Shown: positions 38,584 through 50,200, counted from the whole stretch's first letter. The stretch is DNA of 63,886 bases, filler included, from Aduncisulcus paluster (GCA_024181965.1; 6 parts of 6 records of this genome joined end to end with filler, not necessarily neighbours in it), one strand, 5' to 3'. Notes: generated by a model not told the origin, from the letters alone. Numbers and translations: made by a program.

Positions 38584-41500
38584 ATGGAGTATAAATTAGA
38601 AAAGATTGATTGTGATTTTGCTTTTGAAGATAAGATTTGTGGTGATTTAGTTCTTAGATTTTATTCTGATTTCTTATCTATTTCTAAAATCAAAAATGAA
38701 GGGAATCAACTTAAATTTGAAATTGGCCAGAAAAAACTGCAAATTTTAGATTCTTCTGGGAAAGAAATGGCTATTGATATATTTCCTGTTGATGAAACAA
38801 GATATGTCCTCGTTATAGTCTCTCTTTTGAAAATTCCTTCCTCAAATGGGTCCAAAATCGTTATTGAATCTTGGGAAATTGATTTTCTCGAGGCTAGAAA
38901 GGATATTTTGCCAAAAGATAAAATAGAAACCGTTGAAGAATTCCTTCAGGTCATTCCAAATAGATCTACGGTAGAGTTGATGTGTTGGGCGCTACCTGGT
39001 ATATCAGGGGAAGAAAGAGATGTTGACGTATTTTTTTCATTCTATCCAGATGATATGGAGAGGAAAAAATGTCTGTTCTGCCATAATCCTTTGGTTCATC
39101 CGCATCCGATTCTTCAAACAAGTCACAAGTTCCGTCCAGGACCAAAAAATATTTTTAGATTTGATTCCGAAGATATTTTATGCTCCTTTGGGAGGTGTCC
39201 TCTCCATAAAATATGGAAATACAAAATGAAGAGGCTTAAACTTGAGAAAGTACCTGAAATTTCTTTTNNNNNNNNNNNNNNNNNNNNGGTAGAGTTGATT
39301 TGTTGGGCGCTACCTGGTATATCAGGGGAAGAAAGAGATGTTGACGTATTTTTTTCATTCTATCCAGATGATATGGAGAGGAAAAAATGTCTGTTCTGCC
39401 ATAATCCTTTGGTTCATCCGCATCCGATTCTTCAAACAAGTCACAAGTTCCGTCCAGGACCAAAAAATATTTTTAGATTTGATTCCGAAGATATTTTATG
39501 CTCCTTTGGGAGGTGTCCTCTCCATAAAATATGGAAATACAAAATGAAGAGGCTTAAACTTGAGAAAGTACCTGAAATTTCTTTTCCTCTAGCTTCAGGG
39601 AAGATATTTTCGTCAAGTCCACCTGGTATCAAGCAAAAACCCATTGAAATATCTTATATTCAAACTTCTCCATTTGCTCTGATGTTTAGTACTTATAAAA
39701 ATACTCTTTTCTTTGGTTCAGACACACACACACAGAGTGTGATTTGTTCGATGCCAAACTTTTCTATTAAAGCTGTCATTCAAGTTCGTGATCAATTTTG
39801 GGTGCTTGATAATCAAAACCGTGCATATTTTATCCGTCCTATTGCCAAAGCACAAGCTGTCGATCATAGTTCTCTCTTCCATGCTGTCGACACAAAATCT
39901 CATCCAAAACATCCTAGATCTGAACCAATGCTTCCATTGCCTCCACGATCCAATCCAAGTTCATCTCTCCCAAGTCCAATCCCATCTTCCAGCCCACTCA
40001 TATCACCAAGCATGTCAATGCCATCAAGTATCTCTCCTTCTCAGGACGATGATACAGATGTTGCTTCAAATTCCTCATGTCAAGGGCCTCTCTCCTCGGA
40101 ATCATCAAATATCGATAGTACTGACGATGATAGCCCAATTGATTCTATTAAGGCTTCATCAACAGAGCCAAATTCCTGTGATGAGACATCTACATCATTG
40201 CCACAAACGCCAATTCAAAGGGAAATTGTCGAGACAGAGAAGAAATTTACGCCTGATGAAGAATTGTGTCATGGTACCTTGTTCCAGGGAAAATCATATC
40301 AAGGAGAATCCACATCGGCATTTGTTTCGGGTAATGAGTTTGAAATTGAATGGTGGCGTGTTCCAAAATCACTGTTCGTGTCCTTGAATGAGATTTTAGA
40401 ACTCTTGAAGGGTAGAAAATCGGGTGACATTTTCGTTGATTGTCCTTATTTTCGTCGTGTTAAAAGGTGTTTCAGTGAGTTCATCCTGTCTTGGAAGGAT
40501 GTTTTGGGAATTGGTGACATTTCTTTGCTGAGTTCTCCAGTGCCCCTCAATATTGAACGAGAGTGGAACAAACAGCTGGAGGCCCTGGAGAAAAGACGTG
40601 ATGAATGTCATGAGAAGTTTAATCTTATCGAANNNNNNNNNNNNNNNNNNNNTGTTAAAAGGTGTTTCAGTGAGTTCATCCTGTCTTGGAAGGATGTTTT
40701 GGGAATTGGTGACATTTCTTTGCTGAGTTCTCCAGTGCCCCTCAATATTGAACGAGAGTGGAACAAACAGCTGGAGGCACTGGAGAAAAGACGTGATGAA
40801 TGTCATGAGAAGTTTAATCTTATCGAAGAAGAAACGAAAGGATTAACTCATGAAGCTTTGCTTCAAATTTCACAAACAAAACTGGATTGCAAATCTCAAT
40901 CTGAAAGCCGGAGAGAGAATATTACTCAAATTCAAGATGGAATATTTTCTAATGCCATTGACACCTTCCATTTGATATGTTATATGAAAGAATTATTTAA
41001 AATGAAGAGCGATTTTGATAAGAAACGTAAGATTATGGAAGAAAAAAGGGAAGAGGCAAAGAAACTACTCTGTCAGTGTGAAAGGAATTACAGAAAATTC
41101 AAAAATTGTATGGATGGGAAAAGAAGGAAGAAATTCTTTGATCATAGTCTGGATTTATTACGAAAGCTCCTAAAAATGGTTCTCGATGACGAATTATCTC
41201 CGGATACTCTCTTTTCTGAACTCACTATTTGGTCTCATAATGATCCAACCGATGAGCTTGAGGAAAGTGATGGAGAACTGTCTTCCACTTCTAATTCTTC
41301 CGATGTGATATCTGGCTCTAGTACTGAGGATGAGCCAGAGTCTTCTATTTCAGGGAATTCTAAGTCAGTTTCGATGCTTGATACCTCTATTCTTGTTCCA
41401 TGCTATGTAAATGTTGAGGATTTTAATTATTATACTCATTTACCTTTCCTTGTGCCTGGACTAGACCAGTATATCGTTCGACCTGTTCGAATTGAAAAAT

Positions 41501-43134
41501 ATTCTTCCGATGTTCTCGTAGTATATTTTCCTCAGATGACACCAATTATTAGCAATGAAAAATCGCATCGGTATTCTTTCTATAGTTCATATCTTGTATA
41601 TCAATTCATATCTGCGATTGCCGGATCTTTTATTCGATCTGATGAAATGTACCATGTGATCTCTCGTATCGACCGGTGTGTTTCATTATTTTGGCCAGGT
41701 AGTTTGAATCCCACAGTTAATGTATGTATGTGTCTGCATACGTCGAATGATTTATTGTTCGATGGCAGAAAATCACTTTCATGGGATATAAAAGAAATGT
41801 GGAGTTGTACCAATTCGATTTTGGATGAAAGACGGAATAGTGAATTTTTCTGCGACATGTTCGCAAAGGATTTTTGGAAATATAGTCCAAGTTTTTTGGC
41901 AATTTTGAAAGATATCGATGGTTTAGAGCATGAAAAAAGAAGTGAAAAGGAGGTAAAACAATTAGAAAATGAGATTGAGCAATATGAAAAGGAGTGCAAA
42001 CTGTGGGAACATGATTTAAAAGACATTCAACGATGCATCAAGGATCTTAAGGGTGAATATGAAATCGCAGAAAGGAAATTGAATGAGAAGAAAGCTAAGA
42101 TTACAGTTCGTGTGGAAAAGATTCAACAAACAAACCAAAAAAGATTGGAATTGAAAGAGAAATTGGAAGAAGTTCGAGAAGATATTATTGAAAAGAAAAA
42201 GCTCATTGAAAGTAGTAGAGCTCTTCAAGAAGATCATCGTACCTTGAAAAAGGATAAGGTGCGTTTAGAAAAAGACAAAGACAAATTCAAAGAGGAATTA
42301 ACATGCTCTAAATTTGAACTGACAAAGATGAGGACTAAACTGGAGAATTTGAGGAAAGAGCAAGAAGAATTGGGCCGAGCTGTTGGTGAAAAACGTCGTT
42401 CTGTGATTGAGCGTGAAGATGAGCGTGAAAAGCTTGAAAAGAAAAAGAAAGAGCTTGACGTGAAGTATCAAGCAGTCTCGCAGCAAAAACAGCGAATGAT
42501 ATCGCTTGGTCCTCAATTATATGCTCCACCTTGGTGGGTGCCTGGCAAGGAAGGACTGGTCGATGTGACGTCTTCTCATTTGTTGTACATGCAGAATTTA
42601 TGTGGGAGATCTGTTACAGTTCTTCGGGTGTATCGTGTCCAGCAGAAAACATTATGGTGCAGATATGACGCTCACAGGAAACGTTTGAGGCAAGATGTGA
42701 TGAGACAATCAATTCCAACTTCAACTGATCCTCATGCTGGGTTTTGTGTGAGTCAAGAAAATCTGGATAGCAGTATAAATGAGAAACTTCTGTTTCATGG
42801 AAGCCCGATGTATAAAACGATTCAACAATTCGGATTTAATGACAAGTTTTCTAGAAATGGATGTTATGGATTTGGAGTCTATTTTGCTGAATTAATTGGC
42901 AAATCTCTTGGATATAATGGAGGAAATGGGAAAATGTTTATTGCTAGGGTATCTCTTGGAAGAAAACCCTTCATAGGGGGTTGTCGCGATAAAAGTTTGA
43001 GAATCCAACCACTAGCGGATGGTTCTTTATCAACAGTCGTTGTAAGCAGTCTCTCAGTTGGACAACAATATCGAGAATTCATCGTTCCTGAAGGAACTCA
43101 GGCCTATCCAGAATATTTCTTGGAATATCGTTAA
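38584..43134 (+). CDS. Coiled-coil protein with C-terminal PARP catalytic domain (~1345 aa after collapsing two gap duplications)
   Basis: EKLLFHGS, YGFGVYFA, MFIARVSLG and YREFIV...QAYPEYFLEY give an H-Y-E triad. Duplications at offsets 318 and 195 flank the gaps at 39268-39287 and 40633-40652. Confidence 0.9.
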   Translation: MEYKLEKIDCDFAFEDKICGDLVLRFYSDFLSISKIKNEGNQLKFEIGQKKLQILDSSGKEMAIDIFPVDETRYVLVIVSLLKIPSSNGSKIVIESWEIDFLEARKDILPKDKIETVEEFLQVIPNRSTVELMCWALPGISGEERDVDVFFSFYPDDMERKKCLFCHNPLVHPHPILQTSHKFRPGPKNIFRFDSEDILCSFGRCPLHKIWKYKMKRLKLEKVPEISFXXXXXXXVELICWALPGISGEERDVDVFFSFYPDDMERKKCLFCHNPLVHPHPILQTSHKFRPGPKNIFRFDSEDILCSFGRCPLHKIWKYKMKRLKLEKVPEISFPLASGKIFSSSPPGIKQKPIEISYIQTSPFALMFSTYKNTLFFGSDTHTQSVICSMPNFSIKAVIQVRDQFWVLDNQNRAYFIRPIAKAQAVDHSSLFHAVDTKSHPKHPRSEPMLPLPPRSNPSSSLPSPIPSSSPLISPSMSMPSSISPSQDDDTDVASNSSCQGPLSSESSNIDSTDDDSPIDSIKASSTEPNSCDETSTSLPQTPIQREIVETEKKFTPDEELCHGTLFQGKSYQGESTSAFVSGNEFEIEWWRVPKSLFVSLNEILELLKGRKSGDIFVDCPYFRRVKRCFSEFILSWKDVLGIGDISLLSSPVPLNIEREWNKQLEALEKRRDECHEKFNLIEXXXXXXXVKRCFSEFILSWKDVLGIGDISLLSSPVPLNIEREWNKQLEALEKRRDECHEKFNLIEEETKGLTHEALLQISQTKLDCKSQSESRRENITQIQDGIFSNAIDTFHLICYMKELFKMKSDFDKKRKIMEEKREEAKKLLCQCERNYRKFKNCMDGKRRKKFFDHSLDLLRKLLKMVLDDELSPDTLFSELTIWSHNDPTDELEESDGELSSTSNSSDVISGSSTEDEPESSISGNSKSVSMLDTSILVPCYVNVEDFNYYTHLPFLVPGLDQYIVRPVRIEKYSSDVLVVYFPQMTPIISNEKSHRYSFYSSYLVYQFISAIAGSFIRSDEMYHVISRIDRCVSLFWPGSLNPTVNVCMCLHTSNDLLFDGRKSLSWDIKEMWSCTNSILDERRNSEFFCDMFAKDFWKYSPSFLAILKDIDGLEHEKRSEKEVKQLENEIEQYEKECKLWEHDLKDIQRCIKDLKGEYEIAERKLNEKKAKITVRVEKIQQTNQKRLELKEKLEEVREDIIEKKKLIESSRALQEDHRTLKKDKVRLEKDKDKFKEELTCSKFELTKMRTKLENLRKEQEELGRAVGEKRRSVIEREDEREKLEKKKKELDVKYQAVSQQKQRMISLGPQLYAPPWWVPGKEGLVDVTSSHLLYMQNLCGRSVTVLRVYRVQQKTLWCRYDAHRKRLRQDVMRQSIPTSTDPHAGFCVSQENLDSSINEKLLFHGSPMYKTIQQFGFNDKFSRNGCYGFGVYFAELIGKSLGYNGGNGKMFIARVSLGRKPFIGGCRDKSLRIQPLADGSLSTVVVSSLSVGQQYREFIVPEGTQAYPEYFLEYR

Positions 43135-43364
43135 TACCATTAAATCGTGGAAATTTGTCAGAAGGGAACGAACGAAATAAAATGAAGACCCCTTCTTATA
43201 GGAAAAGCTTTTTGTGTATCTAGGACCAACCCTGATGAGTGTCTTTGATAGAATGACAAAGAGTAGTATAATTTAGTGAAAAGTTGGGTTGAGAGCCATA
43301 TACTGTACAACGAATAGGACAAAAAATGATAAAGTAAAACGTTTGTAGCAAAATGCATAAAATT

Positions 43365-43384
43365 TGTGTGTGTGTGTGTGTGTG
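43365..43384 (+). repeat. (TG)10 microsatellite
   Basis: Read directly from the sequence. Confidence 0.95.
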
Positions 43385-43760
43385 ACTACTATTGGTTCCT
43401 TTGGTCAACAAGCCAGAGCCCTCCTGTCCAGCATGAGAAGGAATGAGAGTTCCGGGGAAATGGACATGAGAGACAGTTCAGGTGCTTCCATGTTCAAGAC
43501 CAACAGGTTCTCACATTTCTTGGCAAGGGCTGGGAAAGCAATTGGAGTGGGGCTTGCCTCCTCTTATTTGGCTTACCTGGGCTACGCTGAGAAGCACAAG
43601 CTGAGTCTTGGAGCATTATGGTAATCTTTAGAATTACAACTTAATTCTTTCACAAACCAAATGTTTGACAAATAAGGCTATGAATATAAACTCCAACCCA
43701 CCCGAACATAATCATCATCCCACAGCAACCAATTTCAGTCCCACCCTAATGACCCGTCAC
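43385..43760 (+). mobile_element. Probable 5'-truncated non-LTR retrotransposon (RLE endonuclease C-terminus + 3' UTR)
   Basis: Abrupt GC rise after (TG)10. TTIGSFGQQARALLSSM...FLARAGKAIGVGLA* resembles the end of CRE/R2-type restriction-like endonuclease domains. The contig ends at 43760. Confidence 0.45.
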
Positions 43761-43860
43761 NNNNNNNNNNNNNNNNNNNNNNNNNNNNNNNNNNNNNNNN
43801 NNNNTTAATTAATTAANNNNNNNNNNNNNNNNNNNNNNNNNNNNNNNNNNNNNNNNNNNN
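43761..43860. other. Artificial contig linker
   Basis: N44-TTAATTAATTAA-N44. Confidence 0.98.
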
Positions 43861-44123
43861 TAATCAATAATAATACTTTGGAAGAACACATACGAACTTG
43901 CTAAAATAGAGGGAGAATGCATCGCCGAAGAAAGAAAACTTAACTGGACGAAATTGGCTTTGAGATTGGGGTTCAACCATTTATACTTGCTATGCCTTTA
44001 AGATATTGCAAAGAAAATAAACCTGTCATCTTGAAGTTTCCAGTTATCTCTATTTTTATCATTCCGAGGAGCATAATTGAATAAAAAGCAGTTTAATGGC
44101 ATTAAAATATTCTAATTGGTCCT

Positions 44124-44743
44124 GTAACATTTTTTTTCTTTTTAATACGAATTTATAAAAGTTCATATAAAGAATACCGATCCAAAAGATAATAAAATGG
44201 CAATTCAATTGATAAGAACACAAATATTTGCATAATATTTTCTAATTATGTTTGTGGAATTTGAATAACCGAGATTCAAACCCAGATAAATGATGTATTG
44301 AAGCCTTTTCATTGACACTGACCAATAGTGGAAAAGAAGAGGGATATTTAAAAATCAAGATGTTCAAGCGATATAATAATTGAATTTATGATCACTATAA
44401 TAAACGTTTGCAGAATTTGTTTCTGTTGAAGCAGTAACATTTTTTTTCTTTTTAATACGAATTTATAAAAGTTCATATAAAGAATACCGATCCAAAAGAT
44501 AATAAAATGGCAATTCAATTGATAAGAACACAAATATTTGCATAATATTTTCTAATTATGTTTGTGGAATTTGAATAACCGAGATTCAAACCCAGATAAA
44601 TGATGTATTGAAGCCTTTTCATTGACACTGACCAATAGTGGAAAAGAAGAGGGATATTTAAAAATCAAGATGTTCAAGCGATATAATAATTGAATTTATG
44701 ATCACTATAATAAACGTTTGCAGAATTTGTTTCTGTTGAAGCA
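44124..44743. repeat. 310-bp tandem duplication (two copies)
   Basis: GTAACATTTT... starts at 44124 and again at 44434; the copies look identical by eye. Confidence 0.9.
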
Positions 44744-44946
44744 GAGAAAACTAAACCGGAATTTGCATTTCTCAGAAATGGGGCAGGCTGCCCCAAAATA
44801 TTAATAGTCCTCGAGGAGGAATATCTTCAATCAATCGGATGATTGCAATGGTTTAACTCCATTATCACATCAACCGCAGAGTACCAACAATGATATTACT
44901 TGATTTTATTTCGAGAAAATCTGCGTTATTTTTCCAAATTGATTGA

Positions 44947-45874
44947 TTACATATGGACATGTTGAACCATTTGGGTTTGACCAACTGGCATATTACCAGC
45001 AGAAGTGACAGTGGCAGTTCTTGGAGGATCAACAGTAGCAAGGTAAGTGACACCCATAGAAGTCAGTCCACCTGTGCAGAACGTACTCCAAAGCATCAGA
45101 AAAACAATGAGCGTCCAATATAAACCGGGAGATTTCCAAGCAATACGGACTGCCCATAACATAATAAGGAAATCGATAGCAAATATAATGACGAACCACA
45201 GAAAAGCTCCAAGAGCGGCAGTCCACATATTACCATGGGCCTTCCCAGCGGCCCAGCACCTACTCATTGTCTCTCCGGCCGTCATCTGTGGGTTAACAGC
45301 TCTCATGGCAAACCCAGGGAAGAAGATACCAAGAGTAACGAAATAACCAACAATGAGACAAAGCATACCAAGAAGGTTGACCAAACAGAACAAATAGAAG
45401 AATCCAAGGTGGGAAAGGTAGTTGTTCTTGAAGAAAAAGATAAGGTCACTGAAGAAATTGTAGTTGTTTGTGTTTTTCACCTTTAGATCATAGTAATTCT
45501 TGTACAAGGCAAATGTGAAGATAGGAAGGACGAAAAGCTCGAAAGCAAAGTTAAGAATGGTCGCAAAAATACCACCGATGAGAGAAGTGAGTACATAAAA
45601 GAGAATATTCAAACCCATGAACTGAGCGACCACCGCAATACATTGGAGCTGTGTGAAAATATATCACGAGTGATAAGGAGAGATATGTTAAATAAATAAA
45701 TTATTAATTTATAGATATATAAATAATTGGAGTTGTAAATAATATATTTTGTGTGAAATACGAGAGGGAGGGAAGAAGATAACGTACAAGGTTTCCAAAG
45801 TAAAGGGAAAGAGATTGTCCAATATAAGAGCCAAAACTGAGCGGCTGAAATTGATTTTGAGCGTGTTCTACCAT
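44947..45874 (-). CDS. Multi-pass membrane protein (DUF975-like pattern), two exons: 45874-45788 and 45648-44947
   Basis: Exon 1 MVEHAQNQFQPLSFGSYIGQSLSLYFGNL splices in phase 0 to LQCIAVVAQFMG.... Several hydrophobic helices follow. The family name is a tentative pattern match. Confidence 0.8.
45649..45787 (-). other. Spliceosomal intron, 139 nt
   Basis: Donor GTACGT, acceptor TTTTCACACAG, TTTAAC branch-like motif upstream, no internal AG; removal supplies an ATG and keeps the frame. Confidence 0.85.
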
Positions 45875-47296
45875 TGTTTAGGATTGCAAGGATTCAAAAT
45901 GCTGCAAAAAGAAGACATTTTTTTTCAAGGATGCATCCATAATTCTATTTTTATAACTTCCCTCAGGATCATGGAAATAGTAGATGATAAAACATGAAAT
46001 ATGGGAATATTATATAAATAATTTAAATAATAAATTAGAATTTCTTATTTTAATTCCAAAATTTCACTCTAATTCGTGGAAAAGGAACAGGAGGGAAAAG
46101 CATGAGGAGCAAGCTTTTGAACATGAAATATTGCGAGATGTAATGCATAAATCCATCGTCATAACATAAAAAATGCATGAAAACACAAATCCAAGAAAAT
46201 AAATTCGAGATGATAGAGGAAGATATCTGAAAAACAAGAAAAGGGATAAAAATAACAATTATGGCAGTAATTGTTTTTAATACGCCAATTCAGATTAATC
46301 GGTCAAAGAAAAATCAAAAATTCTAAAAAAATACTCAGAGTTTTTGTTTTGAAGAGTCCTCTAATCAAACCGAAATGTCTATAATAATGAACAACGTTAG
46401 ATTTGCATATTATTTGCAAAATTGATTTTTAAATCAATTAGAATGTCTGAAATAGAGGGTATGTAGTTCGTTAACAAAGAAATTAATGGAGGAAAGGAAA
46501 TCAAAACTCAGTTATGAATCTGTTATATTCAGGGTATTTTTGTAGGTTCACCTTAAACTAAAGTACATAAATACCCAGAATTGAGATATTAAATACAAAT
46601 GAAACTTGATCGTTGAGCAAGAAATTGATTTTATTTTTTTGAGTTTGGGGCTATACAATATAATAAAAGTTTGTATCTAATTTTACTCTAAAATGTGTAT
46701 AAAGAATTTTGATTATCGTTTAAAAAGATTTTTATTTTGCTAATTCAAAAATTAGAATCATTTTCTGGTACAAAGCTATTCAGAACTTATTATGTCAGAA
46801 TATCTTTCAAATCCCTAATTATATTATGTTTGTAATTGAATTTCTAACTAATGTGGGCCAATGATTAACAAACTAGCTATACGAAAATAAAGTTTTTTGC
46901 TATCTGACAGAAAGCAAGTCGTAGTAACAAAATAAACGTGAAATGTGTACTTAAAGTTATCATTGGTTTTAAAATTGATTTAATATTATTATAAAATGAC
47001 TATTCTTACTGCCGGTCCCACCGGTGGCCAGCCGGCGAATTGACACTAAATTTTAGACGATTTGGCACAGAGATAATAACTATATTTGGTATGACTGGAG
47101 TTAATTTACATATTGTAATATAATTTTTATTATGTTTTCTAATTTGCTAATATTTTCCTATCTTTGAATATTTAGTCGTCTGTGATCTTTATTCTTTTGA
47201 TTTTGGAACAACTTCGCAAGTTTCCAATTGATATTACGATATTTATTATAAAATTTATTAATTTTGTTTCATATTGCACGTCAAACGCGGATTTAG

Positions 47297-50200
47297 ATGT
47301 CAGAAGAGATAGACGTGAAGGAAGTCGCTGTTTCGGTTAGAAATATGGACATTCAAAAGTCAGATGAAAAATCTACTATCTCCCATTTCCTTGCTTCAAT
47401 AGCAGCAGTAACAACTGAAGATACTATTCAGCTCAACCATACTGTTAGAAAGAATCTTGATGATAAATATTTACAACATGTGAAAATATCGTTGTTTGAT
47501 CGAAATCCATACTCTTTAGGTTCTTATTATGAGTTTTTTCAGTCTCTTTTTAGTGGAATTACCATTCAATCAGCATCTTTTGATAAATACCTTTGTTTTT
47601 ACCATTCAATATTATCATTAATGGATATTACCAAGCCAGGTTCTGAAGACAAGTTATCAAGTGCTGAACTGCAAAAGATTGTTATTAATTATGCACTTAA
47701 ATCGCATGAAAAACTTGGTATTAAGTCTCCAGATGCTGTATTCAAGCTTCTATCCAGACTTTTCCAAGGGTTTGCAGAAAATGAAGAAATTTGGGCTTGC
47801 TCAATGCTGTTAAAAACACCCATTGTTGTATTTACTAATTTTGATCGAAAGCTCACAGTTGATTGGTTTAATCCACAATTTAGAGGAGATGATGAATCAG
47901 GAGATAATTCTCTTTTTCTATATTTAGAAGGGAATCATTTCTCACCTATCTTTGTTCCTATTTCTTCCACTTCTGATGGATCTGGTATGCATCCCCAACG
48001 AAAACAGTTGTTACAATTTGTTGATAAATATTATTATTATACATGCATTAATGGGGAACATGAGTTTGAACACATTGACAATCCTCTACCAGAATCCACA
48101 AGTCAACCCATTGCTGAAGGTCAGGCAGATAAGGTTAGTAATTCTGTAATGGAGCTTGAAGAGCTTATTTCGACAATGAAGGTTGAAGATCTTGATAATT
48201 CAACATCCACTTACAATAGCAGTCTGGTTGTGAAATCGAAGGAAAAGGAGAATGGGAAAACATCATCTACTCTTTCATCTTTTTTAGATTCACAAAAATC
48301 AACTCATTTTGATTTTGACAAAAAAAGAAAAATTGGAAAAGATAGTATTATACTTGAAAGCAAAAAATTACAATCAAATATTGAAATTGCTTATGTTATG
48401 ACTGGAGAAACGCGATATTATGCGTTTTACATCATTAAATATAGAGATTATGCTGCAATTATCGACTCTGGATTTGGCGCCGACATTTCGAAAAAGCTAA
48501 CAACTGAAACAATATTGAAGAAATATCTTGAAAATGTCAAATATCTTGAGTACTATGAGACTCATGATCATTTCGATCATAGTTATTTTCGAGCATGTAT
48601 TAATGAACTATTGGAAGGTAAAAATGGGAGGAAAATAGTACATACTAAGTATGAACTTGATCCAGAGAGTCATAAGGCTTTTGTAATATCGACTTGTCAG
48701 CAACAGGGATTCCTCTACCACGAAAAATTTGATGGCGCAAAATTTAATGAGGCTATTACAAAACTATCAAAAAAACCTACTAAAAAGAGGTGTAGTATCG
48801 GTGATTGTTTTTCTGTTCTTAAACGATCCAAAATAGATGATGATACATTTTATTGTCCATTTGATATTACTTTGTTTATTCCAGGACCTCATGAAAAAGA
48901 ACCTGAGATGAATGAAAATTCTATAGGAATACTATTTTCGATGGATCATAAAGGTATAAATAGTCAAGATTTTATCAAAACCATTTCTCGGGTCGATATT
49001 GGTGTTCTTTCATTGGATCTAGAATCAAAATCTCACCACGAAACAATCTCTCCTCAAACTCAACCTTTTACTGCTTTTTTTACTGGAGATCTGGTATGTT
49101 TTCACAATTCAGAACCTGATCCAGATTCGATGTTTGGCAAAAATATCTTCAATAAGTTTGGACTTTCACATACCAATTTTTTTGTTCAACCGCATCATGG
49201 CTCAAAAAAATCAACATTTGAATATTTTTCAAAGTGTCATACTGGTGGAGTAATCAGTGTTCCATCTGGAATGACGTCAGAAGATAAAAAATCCTCTGAT
49301 TTCGTTGAAGACTGGAAATCTTTTAGCAGATATGAGGTATTTCGTGGCATACGACAACGCGGAGCAGTTGAACTTAAAATTATATTAACAAACCATAAGT
49401 TTCTAAATATTTCTGAAGATCAACAAGAAAGAAGCCTAGAATTAGGTAATGAACTTGATCACGCCCTCTGCCAATTTCCTGTTGTTGTATATGTTCAAAA
49501 TTGCCATACAACAACGCACAAAATATATTCTTTTAGAAATGGTCGTGTTGGAAACCTTAATTATTATTTTTGTGACGTTTTGAATCTTCTGAATCAGTTT
49601 TTTGTCCCAATTCTAGGATTTAAGAAAATTGATGAAGATGAGTTCGTTTCAAATAATGATAAGAAAGCTTTTTCAGAAATGAAACTTATTCTTGAATTTT
49701 TTGACCGTGTTTATTCTGGTGAAGTTGTTGGGTTTGAGGTGAAATGAGAAAACTAAACCNNNNNNNNNNNNNNNNNNNNCAACAAGAAAGAAGCCTAGAA
49801 TTAGGTAATGAACTTGATCACGCCCTCTGCCAATTTCCTGTTGTTGTATATGTTCAAAATTGCCATACAACAACGCACAAAATATATTCTTTTAGAAATG
49901 GTCGTGTTGGAAACCTTAATTATTATTTTTGTGACGTTTTGAATCTTCTGAATCAGTTTTTTGTCCCAATTCTAGGATTTAAGAAAATTGATGAAGATGA
50001 GTTCGTTTCAAATAATGATAAGAAAGCTTTTTCAGAAATGAAACTTATTCTTGAATTTTTTGACCGTGTTTATTCTGGTGAAGTTGTTGGGTTTGAGGTG
50101 AAATTTCTTGAACCAAAGATGGCTTTTGAAAGAATCGATTATTTTAAGGATAAGTGGGGTGAATTTTCTAAAACGATTAATGATCTCAATCTTGAAAATC

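Noticed and set aside
43225-43292. CTGATGAG...GAAA inside a CAACCC/GGGTTG stem as a hammerhead ribozyme or C/D snoRNA
   Set aside because: Stem II does not close next to GAAA, there is no stem III or NUH site, and no box D.
47010-47037. GC-rich hairpin GCCGGTCCCACCGGTGGCCAGCCGGC, superficially HDV-ribozyme-like
   Set aside because: Too short; no P2/P4 partners for the nested pseudoknot.
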